IMG/VR virus record: IMGVR_UViG_3300046779_000069
Coordinates: 1 to 25,610 of that record
Source of the DNA: a virus
Lineage: Duplodnaviria; Caudoviricetes
DNA length: 25,610 bases
Reading direction: 5' to 3' (one strand)
Part shown: positions 8,825 through 17,104 of the stretch, one piece after another
Position numbering within the stretch: position 1 is the stretch's first letter
Layout: every line of letters starts with the position of its first letter
Position numbers and translations under genes: made by a program
The notes under the pieces: model-generated
What the model saw: only the letters and a program-made list of their open reading frames with translations
Database searches by the model: none
Told to the model about the DNA's origin: nothing

Positions 8825-9228
8825 AATTCAATCCTCATCACCTTATGGGTGTTTGCCATGCCCATCTTCTCGTACATGGGCACCAAGTTGTCCTGACACC
8901 AGCACTGAGCTTTCGTAGCCCCATGTGCTCGCATCCAATTCATAGCCTCTTCAAACACGTGCTGTTTGACGATGCCTTTACCACCCATCAAGTTCACATG
9001 CGCTACACGCGCACGGGGGTAGTCAATAAAATCAACTGTCACTGCACCGGTCACGCCTACGCCGGGTTCGTCCCACACCAAAAGGTGTGATTGGCCTGTT
9101 CTTACCGCATACTCAACCTGCTCGATGGTCACGGCTGAGGGGTCAATATCAATCGCTTTCTGGAGCATGGGCGCGGCTGTCGGCCACACCTGCGGTAACT
9201 CTCTGGGTTGGATGTGATACAGGGGCAT
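8821..9228 (-). CDS. GNAT-fold acyltransferase-like protein (T7 gp13-like position)
   Basis: 135 aa with beta-strand pattern LLVW...GAVTVDF...AHVNLMGGKG, then A..HGATKAQCWC and MYEKMG, typical of GNAT C-terminal motifs. It lies among the ejection genes. Confidence 0.65.
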   Translation of the reverse strand: MPLYHIQPRELPQVWPTAAPMLQKAIDIDPSAVTIEQVEYAVRTGQSHLLVWDEPGVGVTGAVTVDFIDYPRARVAHVNLMGGKGIVKQHVFEEAMNWMRAHGATKAQCWCQDNLVPMYEKMGMANTHKVMRIEL

Positions 9229-9230
9229 CT

Positions 9231-10406
9231 TTACGCTGGCAGAAGTTTGTCGGCGCGGCTGTCTTTAGCCACTTTGCCTTTACCGATGGACTTCTTGCGC
9301 GCAGACTGCACACGGTCAAGCATGGCGTACAACTTACGTGCACCTGCTTCAGTAGAGCCATTACCCAACTCAGAAACGATACGTGCAGGTACCACAAACT
9401 CCCCGTCAGCTAAACGCGCAGGTTTCTTTTTGCCGATCACAGCAGGGATAGAGTCAGATACACCATCACCGGGCCCACGAAGCAGTCGGCCACCATCAGA
9501 ATAAGAACCCAAGTCAGAGAGTCCACCTCGCGCCATAGCGGTGTACGGTTCTTGGAAGTCGGGGGTCGGCTCAACTGCGCCTCCTTCGGCCAGCATCTGG
9601 CCAGTCATGCGGTTCACTCCGGTGTCGGCAGTGCCAGCCACTACGTTTTGACTCACGGGTGTTTGCCATGGTGTTGCGTACGCATGGCCAGTAATGTCGG
9701 CTTGAGGGTATCCGGTGTTCTGGCCCACAGCGTTAGCTTGAGACATGGCCTCAACTGGACCACCGCTCATATAGCCACCTGCGGCATAGCCACGGATCGA
9801 CTTGGCTTCTTCAGGAGTAATGTTCTGATACCCAGCATTTGGGAAGTAGCGTTGTTGGCGGCCAAAGTCTTGGCCTAGATTGTCGTAGCCGGGCACGTCT
9901 GGTGCTGGCAAAGGTGTTGCTGTGCCTTGGTTGTATTTCAAACGTTGAGGCATTGTGCTGTCACCGACAGGCATTTGAGGTTGTTCAGTTGTAGGCATCA
10001 TCATTGGTGCCGTAGCTGCAAGTCCAGTTTTGAGTAAACCAGAACCACCACCAACTCTAGCCATGAAGGCATCACGCCCAGCTTGTGAACCCAACCCCTG
10101 AGCTCCGGCTGTCATTTTGTCCATTCCACCCATTGCGTTGATACCAGCAGTTGGGTCACCCGCAGCGGCGGCCATCTGCGCGCCTTCTGGAACGGTAGTA
10201 GCTGCGGAAGCTGCCAAACCTTGTCCAATACCGGCACCGCCATAAGCACCCAGACCGGCCATCAAACCTTTATTAAGGTCGCCAGTACGCGCAGTTTGAA
10301 GACCGCCCACAATCAAGCCAGCGGTCATTGGGTTAATGGTACCGCCCGATGCAGCCATAAGGCCAGCACCAGCGATTGTTGGGAGCATGGAAGATAAAAA
10401 GCCCAT
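9231..10406 (-). CDS. Internal virion protein (391 aa) with a C-terminal tape-measure-like GPGDG-SDSIP-GEFV domain
   Basis: Hydrophobic Gly/Ala/Met-rich N-terminus (MGFLSSMLPTIAGAGL), several xAxGG motifs, and C-terminal GPGDGVSDSIPAVI...ARLADGEFVVPA. GAGG RBS upstream. Confidence 0.75.
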   Translation of the reverse strand: MGFLSSMLPTIAGAGLMAASGGTINPMTAGLIVGGLQTARTGDLNKGLMAGLGAYGGAGIGQGLAASAATTVPEGAQMAAAAGDPTAGINAMGGMDKMTAGAQGLGSQAGRDAFMARVGGGSGLLKTGLAATAPMMMPTTEQPQMPVGDSTMPQRLKYNQGTATPLPAPDVPGYDNLGQDFGRQQRYFPNAGYQNITPEEAKSIRGYAAGGYMSGGPVEAMSQANAVGQNTGYPQADITGHAYATPWQTPVSQNVVAGTADTGVNRMTGQMLAEGGAVEPTPDFQEPYTAMARGGLSDLGSYSDGGRLLRGPGDGVSDSIPAVIGKKKPARLADGEFVVPARIVSELGNGSTEAGARKLYAMLDRVQSARKKSIGKGKVAKDSRADKLLPA

Positions 10407-10434
10407 TAAAGCCTCGCGAATTGGGGGTTAACAG

Positions 10435-10463
10435 AGTCTATCATGTCAAGATAGAAGACACAA
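10435..10463 (-). promoter_or_regulatory. Putative sigma70 promoter for the ejection-protein cluster
   Basis: Minus strand: TTGTGT (10463-10458), 17-nt spacer, TAGACT (10440-10435), with extended -10 TGn (TGATAGACT). It lies at one of the longest intergenic gaps of the late region. Confidence 0.5.
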
Positions 10464-11094
10464 ATGTGAGAGTAGCCACGACTGACGGAACGGCAGGCAT
10501 AGCGAAGGGGGAAGTTTGAGCAGCAAGGGCATCAAAAGTCACAGCGGTGTTACTCGCGGCGGCCCACATTTCAACGGTATCGTTAGCTTGTAGCTCAACA
10601 AAGAAATTACACGCGGCAATGTTGTATCCGGGTGTGCCCCCGTGCGAAGCGGTGACATCAAACTTACTGCCGGTACCAAGCACATCAACGTTATTTACCC
10701 TCAACCAAATCCAAGCCGAGTGAATCTGCGTATCGGTGTTCTTCAACTGCACGCTGAACTGATAGTTGTATATGCCCGCTTGATCTACCGCAATACCATC
10801 GGTGCCGTCGTTGGTTGCACCGTTGATGTAGTCCGTTTGGTCAAATGTAATTTGTGTCGCAGTGTTTGCTGTAAAGGTCTTGTCAGTCGTGCGTTGGATA
10901 GCAGCGTACACATTGTTGATGTACTTACCGCCTTCTGGCGCAAGTACCGATGCCAGCCCGTTGCTGAGCTGGTTAAAAAACAAACGAAGTACGTTGGTAA
11001 GGTCGTCACCATATCGTTGGCTGTACTCCACCGGTGCCGCAGGTAAGCGCGGCGGGGCAACTGTTTGTAGTTGATTGCGTTGGTTCGTTGCCAT
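10441..11094 (-). CDS. Virion protein with an N-terminal helical segment and C1q/TNF-like beta-sandwich (possible tail needle/tip)
   Basis: PPRLPAAP.EY...VLRLFFNQL N-terminus. ITFDQT...GIYNYQFSVQL...WLRVN...L.ANDTVEMW is a C1q-like pattern. TAATG coupling to the nozzle gene. Confidence 0.6.
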   Translation of the reverse strand: MATNQRNQLQTVAPPRLPAAPVEYSQRYGDDLTNVLRLFFNQLSNGLASVLAPEGGKYINNVYAAIQRTTDKTFTANTATQITFDQTDYINGATNDGTDGIAVDQAGIYNYQFSVQLKNTDTQIHSAWIWLRVNNVDVLGTGSKFDVTASHGGTPGYNIAACNFFVELQANDTVEMWAAASNTAVTFDALAAQTSPFAMPAVPSVVATLTFVSSILT

Positions 11095-13322
11095 TAGCGT
11101 CGTCCGTCTGGGCGCACATCAATACGCGGTGTGCCGAGTTGCCAAGCAACACCAAGGTCGTTGGAGCTAATTTTGAACGCCATCTGACGACCACGGATAC
11201 GCACGTAGGCATACTCGGTGAACTGCTGCACGTTGTATGTGCGTTGGCCTGAGTAGTTATTGCCGCTCGTGATGGTGGGGCTGTCAGATGTGCCGTATGC
11301 CGTGCCGGGGTTTTGGCGTGGGCGCACAGTGAAATCCAACGAAGGTGATGCAGTGTCTGACCCGTCAAAGGTCACATCGGGGATGATGCGCCACACAATA
11401 CCGAAGTTGTGTCCGTCACCAATATCAAAGTCAGAAGATTGGCAATACGCCTCAATCGGCGAGACGGGTGTTGTGGTTCCGTCGTCGTTACCTGTCTCGT
11501 GGTAAATCAACTGCCCGTTGTAACCGGCAGCCATAGGAACAGTACGCAGTGGGCTATCGAGCCAAGCAGTGCGCGCCATCGTGCCGTAATACCAAGTGCG
11601 TTCGAGGTGATTGAACACCACATACTTGTCGATTGTGTTACTGTTGGCCGAGCAGTAGAACCACCAAATCTCGTTGTAGCCCTCATTAGTGCTAGAGAAG
11701 AATTGGTAGGACTGAGTCATGTTGATGTCTTGGAAGACATACTGACGCAAGGTGCATGGCAACGTTTCCACACGGCCTGAGTACATGTAGAACTTGTCGG
11801 TGCCCATCCAATAGGTCACGTTATTTGCCACAGACACCACGTTCGGTCCGGCAATGGACAAGTTGTCACCCATGATCTGGAAGCCCCAAACATATGGGGG
11901 GCCCAAGTACTGCATAGAGTACAAGGCGGCATCAGTCCACACCAAAATCTCTTGGCGGGTTTGTTGAGTGGCTACGATCTCAGAGCCACGGCTCAATCGG
12001 TAATCACCTGCTTGGTTTGTTGGTGAAGGCGTCCATGTGTAGAACTCTTCTTGCTGTGACCAACGAATAAGCAATGGGTCTTGCGCCCCATTAAGTTCAG
12101 GAAACAATGTCTCTGATGGGTCATTGGTACCAAAACAAATAACAAATCGCGAAGAGTCTGACACCATCACAATATTTGAAATGGAAGGCGTTGTGCTATC
12201 CATGACCGCGCCATTAACGGTTGTGCCTGCTTGCATAACCACACCACGATCAAATATGTTGGGGTTAGCGTTCACCGACCAGTAATACAGCGCACCACCA
12301 CGGGGGTTGAAGATCAAGTCTTCGCCGTAGTTTGATTGGCTCCAGATACGCAATTGAATACCAACACCGCTTGCAGCAGCCTGACCCCAACCGGTCCAAG
12401 AAGAGGCAACTTGAGTGACGGTAGCGCCGGAAGTGTGAGCCGCAGCAGTCGTACCGTTGGCGCCGCGGACGCAACCAGTCAGGGTGTTTGTTGATTTGCC
12501 GGAGTATGTGATGGACTCGGTATCAATAACAATAGTGCCAGACGCAGTAAAGGATGCTGCGGATGTCAATGTGATGGAGGTGGCACTTGAGTTGATCGAG
12601 CCGTTCAATGTGGTCGTGACAGAGCCTGCTGTAGTACCGCCCCAGTTACCCGCGCCCCAACCAGTAGCCACAGTGTATGTAGCCGAACCTGATGTGATTT
12701 GATAAGTGAGAGTAGCAGTGCCCGCAGTGCCAGTAGATGTAGCAGGAGCACTAACCGAGATGTTGTACTGGTTGCCGTTCAGGTATGTGATCTGGAACTC
12801 TTTGTTTAACGCTGTATCGGGAATGCCATTGACCGCACCGCTCACGCCAGAGATCATCACAAAGTCACCCGTCTGGGCACCATGTCCGGGGTCGTTAACA
12901 GTTACGGTAGTAGAAGCATTGACCGTCGAAAACGCAGTGCCAGCCGAAGTTGTGTTTGTGTCACGAATAGGTGTGATGTCGTAGAAGTAACCGTTGGGGC
13001 CGTTTTGGATATAGAACTTCAAGTTCGTACCTAAACCCAAGTAGTTGTTACCGGCCAATGAGTACCAATTCCACATGGAACGACATACGCCCCAATACGC
13101 ACCGGCTGGAGGAGCCGCTGATGTTTCTGTACCGCTCGCCACGAGCGTGCCTATGGGGGCAGTTGGGTAGTACGTGCCGGTATCAAGAATCCAACCGCCT
13201 AACTTCTCGGGGAAGCCCGAACGAAAGCGAATTTTGTCGCACTCAAACCAGCCACCTTCGTTGGCTAGGGTTGTACCTTCGCGGTTGACACCGGGGCGGA
13301 ATTGAAGTTTTTGTAACGGCAT
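11094..13322 (-). CDS. Tail nozzle / packaged-DNA stabilisation protein (P22 gp10 / T7 gp12-like), 742 aa
   Basis: MPLQKLQFRPGVNRE...W..CDKIRFRSG.PEK.GGW start. Propeller-like Trp-rich segments (IRWS.QE, EILVWTD, YWMG, EIWWFY, RTAW). Ends RIRGRQ...WQLG.PRID..PDGRR. Confidence 0.7.
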   Translation of the reverse strand: MPLQKLQFRPGVNREGTTLANEGGWFECDKIRFRSGFPEKLGGWILDTGTYYPTAPIGTLVASGTETSAAPPAGAYWGVCRSMWNWYSLAGNNYLGLGTNLKFYIQNGPNGYFYDITPIRDTNTTSAGTAFSTVNASTTVTVNDPGHGAQTGDFVMISGVSGAVNGIPDTALNKEFQITYLNGNQYNISVSAPATSTGTAGTATLTYQITSGSATYTVATGWGAGNWGGTTAGSVTTTLNGSINSSATSITLTSAASFTASGTIVIDTESITYSGKSTNTLTGCVRGANGTTAAAHTSGATVTQVASSWTGWGQAAASGVGIQLRIWSQSNYGEDLIFNPRGGALYYWSVNANPNIFDRGVVMQAGTTVNGAVMDSTTPSISNIVMVSDSSRFVICFGTNDPSETLFPELNGAQDPLLIRWSQQEEFYTWTPSPTNQAGDYRLSRGSEIVATQQTRQEILVWTDAALYSMQYLGPPYVWGFQIMGDNLSIAGPNVVSVANNVTYWMGTDKFYMYSGRVETLPCTLRQYVFQDINMTQSYQFFSSTNEGYNEIWWFYCSANSNTIDKYVVFNHLERTWYYGTMARTAWLDSPLRTVPMAAGYNGQLIYHETGNDDGTTTPVSPIEAYCQSSDFDIGDGHNFGIVWRIIPDVTFDGSDTASPSLDFTVRPRQNPGTAYGTSDSPTITSGNNYSGQRTYNVQQFTEYAYVRIRGRQMAFKISSNDLGVAWQLGTPRIDVRPDGRR

Positions 13323-13338
13323 GGCTGTATTTTCCTAC

Positions 13339-13998
13339 TTAGGCGCGGCACTGTCCATAGCACGCATCGTACAACGCTTGGCGCGCTTCAAGCCCGATAT
13401 ACCCACCGTTGATTTTCTTCGTCATGCCTTTGATGTCGCCTACATCAGCGAAAGCAGAAAGGTTATTAGCTTTCCAAAACCATCCAGCACTACGGGCAGC
13501 AGCCATAGGTTCAAGAAGAAGATCAGGGTTAGCAACGAGATCAAGACCAAGCGCGGCACCACATTTTTCATAATTAAATTTCCCGGTCAATTGCTTCAGC
13601 CCGCGCCCGCGGTACAGCCACCCTTCACCAGACTCGGCGGGGCCGTTGCCCATACGACCGCTGTAAACCAAGTTGGCGATGAGCTCCGGCTTACCGGCTA
13701 TGCTGTTAGCCACAGCAGTGGGAGTCAGTTTCCCCTTCTCATCCTTCACGGGTTTCTTGTCTGGACCGAGCACCGCAAAGCGGTTGGGCCAGCACGCAGC
13801 CAGCGTAGCCGCCTTGTAGTTGAGGTTCTCACTCAGCATGGTGTAGCCACCAGACTCGTGGCTGGTCTGGGCTAAGAACCCAGCGATGCGCTGGGGTGTG
13901 TTGATCTCGAACTCTCGGCAGGTAACACGCACTGCCTCCAGCCACTTGGCTGGGTCTTTGATCTTGGCTGCTTGCAAGTCGGCGAGTTCAGGTGTCAT
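13339..13998 (-). CDS. Endolysin, glycoside hydrolase family 19
   Basis: GH19 motifs FLAQTSHESGG, ENLNY, YRGRGLKQLTGKFNY, SAGWFW, TKKINGG..GL..R. Confidence 0.93.
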   Translation of the reverse strand: MTPELADLQAAKIKDPAKWLEAVRVTCREFEINTPQRIAGFLAQTSHESGGYTMLSENLNYKAATLAACWPNRFAVLGPDKKPVKDEKGKLTPTAVANSIAGKPELIANLVYSGRMGNGPAESGEGWLYRGRGLKQLTGKFNYEKCGAALGLDLVANPDLLLEPMAAARSAGWFWKANNLSAFADVGDIKGMTKKINGGYIGLEARQALYDACYGQCRA

Positions 13999-14498
13999 TT
14001 GTCACCTTTCAAGTCTTTCATCTGCTTCATGGTGTCTTCACGTGCTTTGTTGGCCTGACCGTAGAAGAACGCGATGATCGCTGGAATAGTCGTACCGATC
14101 AAGAAGCCCAAGATAATGTTCACGAAGTCACGGTTCTTGTTCTGCACTTCCAAGAATGACACAGCGAAGAAGTACGAACAGGCGAAGATGCCCCAGAACC
14201 AAGCGTAGTAATAGAGGAAGCGCCGCACAAATTGGTCGGATGACATCATCGCAGCCATCTGCATGTCGGTCGCACGCTGTGCGGACTTCTCGTCCAGAGC
14301 AGCCATAAACTCGCTGTGGCGGTTGGCTTCTTCTTGCAGCTTGGCGTTGTACTCGGGGGTGGCTTCGCCTTCTGGCTTGAGCTCGATACCCAGCTTCTCC
14401 TGCACGGCGTCCACGCCCTTTTCGATGACTTGGTCGGCGACCTTGTGCATCCCGTTGTTGATGAGGTTGGCTACGATGCCTGCAACGATTGGTAACAT
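13995..14498 (-). CDS. Putative holin (167 aa, two C-terminal transmembrane helices)
   Basis: TM segments FLYYYAWFWGIFACSYFFAVSF and FVNIILGFLIGTTIPAIIAFFYG, charged tail, ATGA-coupled directly upstream of the endolysin. Confidence 0.65.
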   Translation of the reverse strand: MLPIVAGIVANLINNGMHKVADQVIEKGVDAVQEKLGIELKPEGEATPEYNAKLQEEANRHSEFMAALDEKSAQRATDMQMAAMMSSDQFVRRFLYYYAWFWGIFACSYFFAVSFLEVQNKNRDFVNIILGFLIGTTIPAIIAFFYGQANKAREDTMKQMKDLKGDK

Positions 14499-14684
14499 TT
14501 ATTCTTCCTTGTCTGGTTTCGGTTCAATTTTTGGTTTCTGCTTCTTTTCGAGCTGCTCGGCACGTTGGAGAATGACCTCGGCCTTGCGCACTTGTTGGTA
14601 CGAGAACAACGCTGACGCGATTGAAAACCCCAGCAGTGCAATCAAACATGTGACGATAAGTACCCACCAGTAGAACTCCTTCAT
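14499..14684 (-). CDS. Small single-pass membrane protein (61 aa), lysis-associated
   Basis: ATG at 14684 overlaps the upstream TGA (ATGA). MKEFYWWVLIVTCLIALLGFSIASALF TM helix followed by a charged coiled tail. Confidence 0.65.
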   Translation of the reverse strand: MKEFYWWVLIVTCLIALLGFSIASALFSYQQVRKAEVILQRAEQLEKKQKPKIEPKPDKEE

Positions 14685-15412
14685 AGAGCGGAAAACAGTG
14701 CCGTCATCCATACCCCCAGCACCAGCACCACGACCGCGTACCCCAGCTTGGCTGCCCTGATTTGTTGTTGGTACTCGCGTTGCCATCTTGCATCAATCTC
14801 TTGTTTGCGTTTCAGCGCTCTGTCGAACTCGCGCTCTTCCAGAATCTGGTCGTACATCTTCAAGAACCGTGTGTAGATCGACTGCAACCCGATATCTTTG
14901 GGCGTGTAGATCATGGTCTCCCGAATCTGAACTGTCATCTGTTCAAGCTGCATTTCGATCTGAATCCTGTCTAGCGCGGCACCTTCAATGTCGGTTGTGG
15001 TTTTCGATTCTTCTTCAAGCTCGTGACAGTATTCTTGCAACTGCCTGCGTATCTCGAAGAAGGTCTTGAGCTGTTCGCAAATCTGGTGGATGGCTTGGGT
15101 CTGGTACTCCTCGTAACTCAGTTGCTCAACGGGCTTTGGTTTGTAGTTAACGGCTCGGCTGGAAGGTTTCGCAGTACTTGTTTGGACCGTAGGCGCAGGT
15201 GCGTTGCTTTTCTTTGAACCACCGAATAAGCTGGAAATCCAGCCCCATAGACCGACGATTTCGGCATATATAGCCTTCCCGTCCCCGACAGCCTTTTCAA
15301 TTGCAGCCTTCGTCTTTGTAATTTCAGCTTTGCCCTGAGACAGCATCTCGCACCCGCTGCGAATAGCCGCAACGGTAGCCTGCGCTGCCATGAGTAGGCT
15401 GAAGGGGTCCAC
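14681..15412 (-). CDS. Coiled-coil protein with C-terminal transmembrane anchor (243 aa), function unknown
   Basis: GTG start 3 nt after the upstream stop. MDPFSLL amphipathic N-terminus, helical body, C-terminal LGYAVVVLVLGVWMTALFSAL. Confidence 0.75.
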   Translation of the reverse strand: MDPFSLLMAAQATVAAIRSGCEMLSQGKAEITKTKAAIEKAVGDGKAIYAEIVGLWGWISSLFGGSKKSNAPAPTVQTSTAKPSSRAVNYKPKPVEQLSYEEYQTQAIHQICEQLKTFFEIRRQLQEYCHELEEESKTTTDIEGAALDRIQIEMQLEQMTVQIRETMIYTPKDIGLQSIYTRFLKMYDQILEEREFDRALKRKQEIDARWQREYQQQIRAAKLGYAVVVLVLGVWMTALFSAL

Positions 15413-15415
15413 ATC

Positions 15416-15862
15416 TTATTGAGGTGGTGTTGGCCAAACGATGTTGTGTGGGAAACCAGCTTGCTGCGGTACATCGCGCAGTGCCTGACGGTACGGTGCC
15501 CACTTGTCTTTTGTAGCTTGTGGGATGTCGGCGTTCTGCGTCCAGTCAGTAGCGGTAATGCGTTTAAGACGTTCAAGACGAGCATCTTGCGCAGATGTAT
15601 CTGGTGGGGGCAAACCGGTATCTGGGTCAACACCTTCTGCTAGGTTAATGATCTCACCCGCAAAATTACCTTCTACGATCTGCTGGTACACCCATTGGCC
15701 TGTCTCAGCCACATCGGAAGCGCGTGCTACATACCTAACTTCCTCGGGCGGTTCGCCGTTGAAAGTCAAAGTTAACTTACAAAAATAAGTTGCGGTATCT
15801 CCATTGATCGTGCGCACATCACGGATGCCGCTAAGTGTGGTCTGCCCAAATGTTCTTGACAT
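15416..15862 (-). CDS. Tail fibre assembly chaperone
   Basis: C-terminal R..RL...DWTQNADIP...W..YRQALRDVPQQAGFP.NI.WP..P signature. AAGGAG RBS. Follows a fibre gene. Confidence 0.85.
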   Translation of the reverse strand: MSRTFGQTTLSGIRDVRTINGDTATYFCKLTLTFNGEPPEEVRYVARASDVAETGQWVYQQIVEGNFAGEIINLAEGVDPDTGLPPPDTSAQDARLERLKRITATDWTQNADIPQATKDKWAPYRQALRDVPQQAGFPHNIVWPTPPQ

Positions 15863-15871
15863 AGTTGCTCC

Positions 15872-17095
15872 TTACGCGGTGCGTGTGTATGGTTGCCAGT
15901 ATTCAGCGGTGTTGTAGTACGCGTTATAGGGCGCAAAATAACCTCTGGCTCTCCATGTTCCGGACAAAGTGGTAGAAAACACACCGCCACCAGTACCAAA
16001 ACTTTCATTACCAGCAATAATAATATAGCCTGGAGGGGGTCCCGCGTTTCTGTTTGCGATAGACGGAGACGAGACCCCCGGAGTGCCAGAACCTAAGTAA
16101 ACGATAACTGTTGTGCCTACCGCAAAGTCAACGAGGGTTACGTTGCTTGTGTTTGACAAGACAACGGCATTGGCAGATGAGGCGGTGGTGGCTGTTGTGG
16201 CCGAACTTGCTGATCCCGCACTGTTGGCATAGTTGACCGACTGACTGCCGATGTTGCTTGACGTGATGAACGAACCGCCCGACTGGGGTGATGTGGCAGT
16301 TCCCGCGTTTCCAGTACATGCCGCAACTGTTTGGCTACCGATATTGCTTGATGTGATGAACGAACCACCGCTTTGGGGCGCAGTAGCTGTGGCAGCATTA
16401 CCTGTTGTGTTTTGGTTCAGGGTTGGGAATGTACAGTTTGTAAGGGTGCCAGAAGCAGGTGTGCCCAGCGCACCACCGTTTACGACAGGGGCGCCAGCAG
16501 AGCCAACGTTCACAGCCAAGGCGGTAGCCACACCGGTGCCAAGCCCAGACACGCCAGTAGAAATCGGCAGCCCAGTAGCATTGGTCAGCACACCAGAAGC
16601 AGGGGTACCCAAAGCAGGGGTTGTCATCGTTGGGCTAGTCAGGGTAGCCGTGGCGATAGTGGGGGAGATGAGGTGTGTGTTTTGCTGGGCGACGTTTGTG
16701 CCTTCGCTCCACACTGCCATGACTTTGCCCGCAGGGATGGCTACGCCGGTACCAGCAGCGGTTGTGTTTCCAGTAACGGTCGAGTTGTAGACCGTCGCCA
16801 CATAAGGAGACGCGTTGTAGAAGATGTATGACTTGGACGACGCTGGGATGTAAACCGCGAAGTTAGCGGTGGTGGTCGTGGTCAACGCAATCATGGCGTT
16901 GCGTGACTGATCTTCCAAACCATCAATGGCCGTCAACGCTTGGCTTGAGCTTGTGATTGAGACTGAGGTGTAGCCCGCCACTGCGTCTACGAGCAGAGTG
17001 CCAAGGTTGTTGTTGGTCGTCTCGCCCCAGATACCGGCTTGTTCACCGGTGCCGATCATTTCTAAGCGTAGCGCGTTGTTATAGGAACTAGGCAT
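15872..17095 (-). CDS. Tail fibre protein (407 aa)
   Basis: Conserved-looking N-terminus ([21 protein letters not shown]), Thr/Gly/Ser-rich repeats, C-terminal LSGTWRARG, followed by a chaperone gene. AAGGA RBS. Confidence 0.75.
   Translation of the reverse strand: MPSSYNNALRLEMIGTGEQAGIWGETTNNNLGTLLVDAVAGYTSVSITSSSQALTAIDGLEDQSRNAMIALTTTTTANFAVYIPASSKSYIFYNASPYVATVYNSTVTGNTTAAGTGVAIPAGKVMAVWSEGTNVAQQNTHLISPTIATATLTSPTMTTPALGTPASGVLTNATGLPISTGVSGLGTGVATALAVNVGSAGAPVVNGGALGTPASGTLTNCTFPTLNQNTTGNAATATAPQSGGSFITSSNIGSQTVAACTGNAGTATSPQSGGSFITSSNIGSQSVNYANSAGSASSATTATTASSANAVVLSNTSNVTLVDFAVGTTVIVYLGSGTPGVSSPSIANRNAGPPPGYIIIAGNESFGTGGGVFSTTLSGTWRARGYFAPYNAYYNTAEYWQPYTRTA
16235..16405 (-). repeat. 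90-nt period tandem duplication inside the fibre gene
   Basis: [24 protein letters not shown] occurs twice. DNA ccgat(g/a)ttgcttga(c/t)gtgatgaacgaacc at 16248 and 16338. Confidence 0.9.
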
Positions 17096-17104
17096 GTTGC
17101 GTCC

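Noticed and set aside
12740-12910. E1 FCCH-like segment (VTVNDPGHGAQTGDFVMISGV) plus GG motifs as a ubiquitin-like system
   Set aside because: This small beta module is a common insert in phage tail proteins. No E1/E2/JAB catalytic domains or beta-grasp protein were seen.
14685-14786. N-terminal extensions in the ORF track (starts at 14786, 21070, 24476, 96)
   Set aside because: They lie inside upstream genes. The downstream ATGs have stop-start overlaps or clear RBSs.
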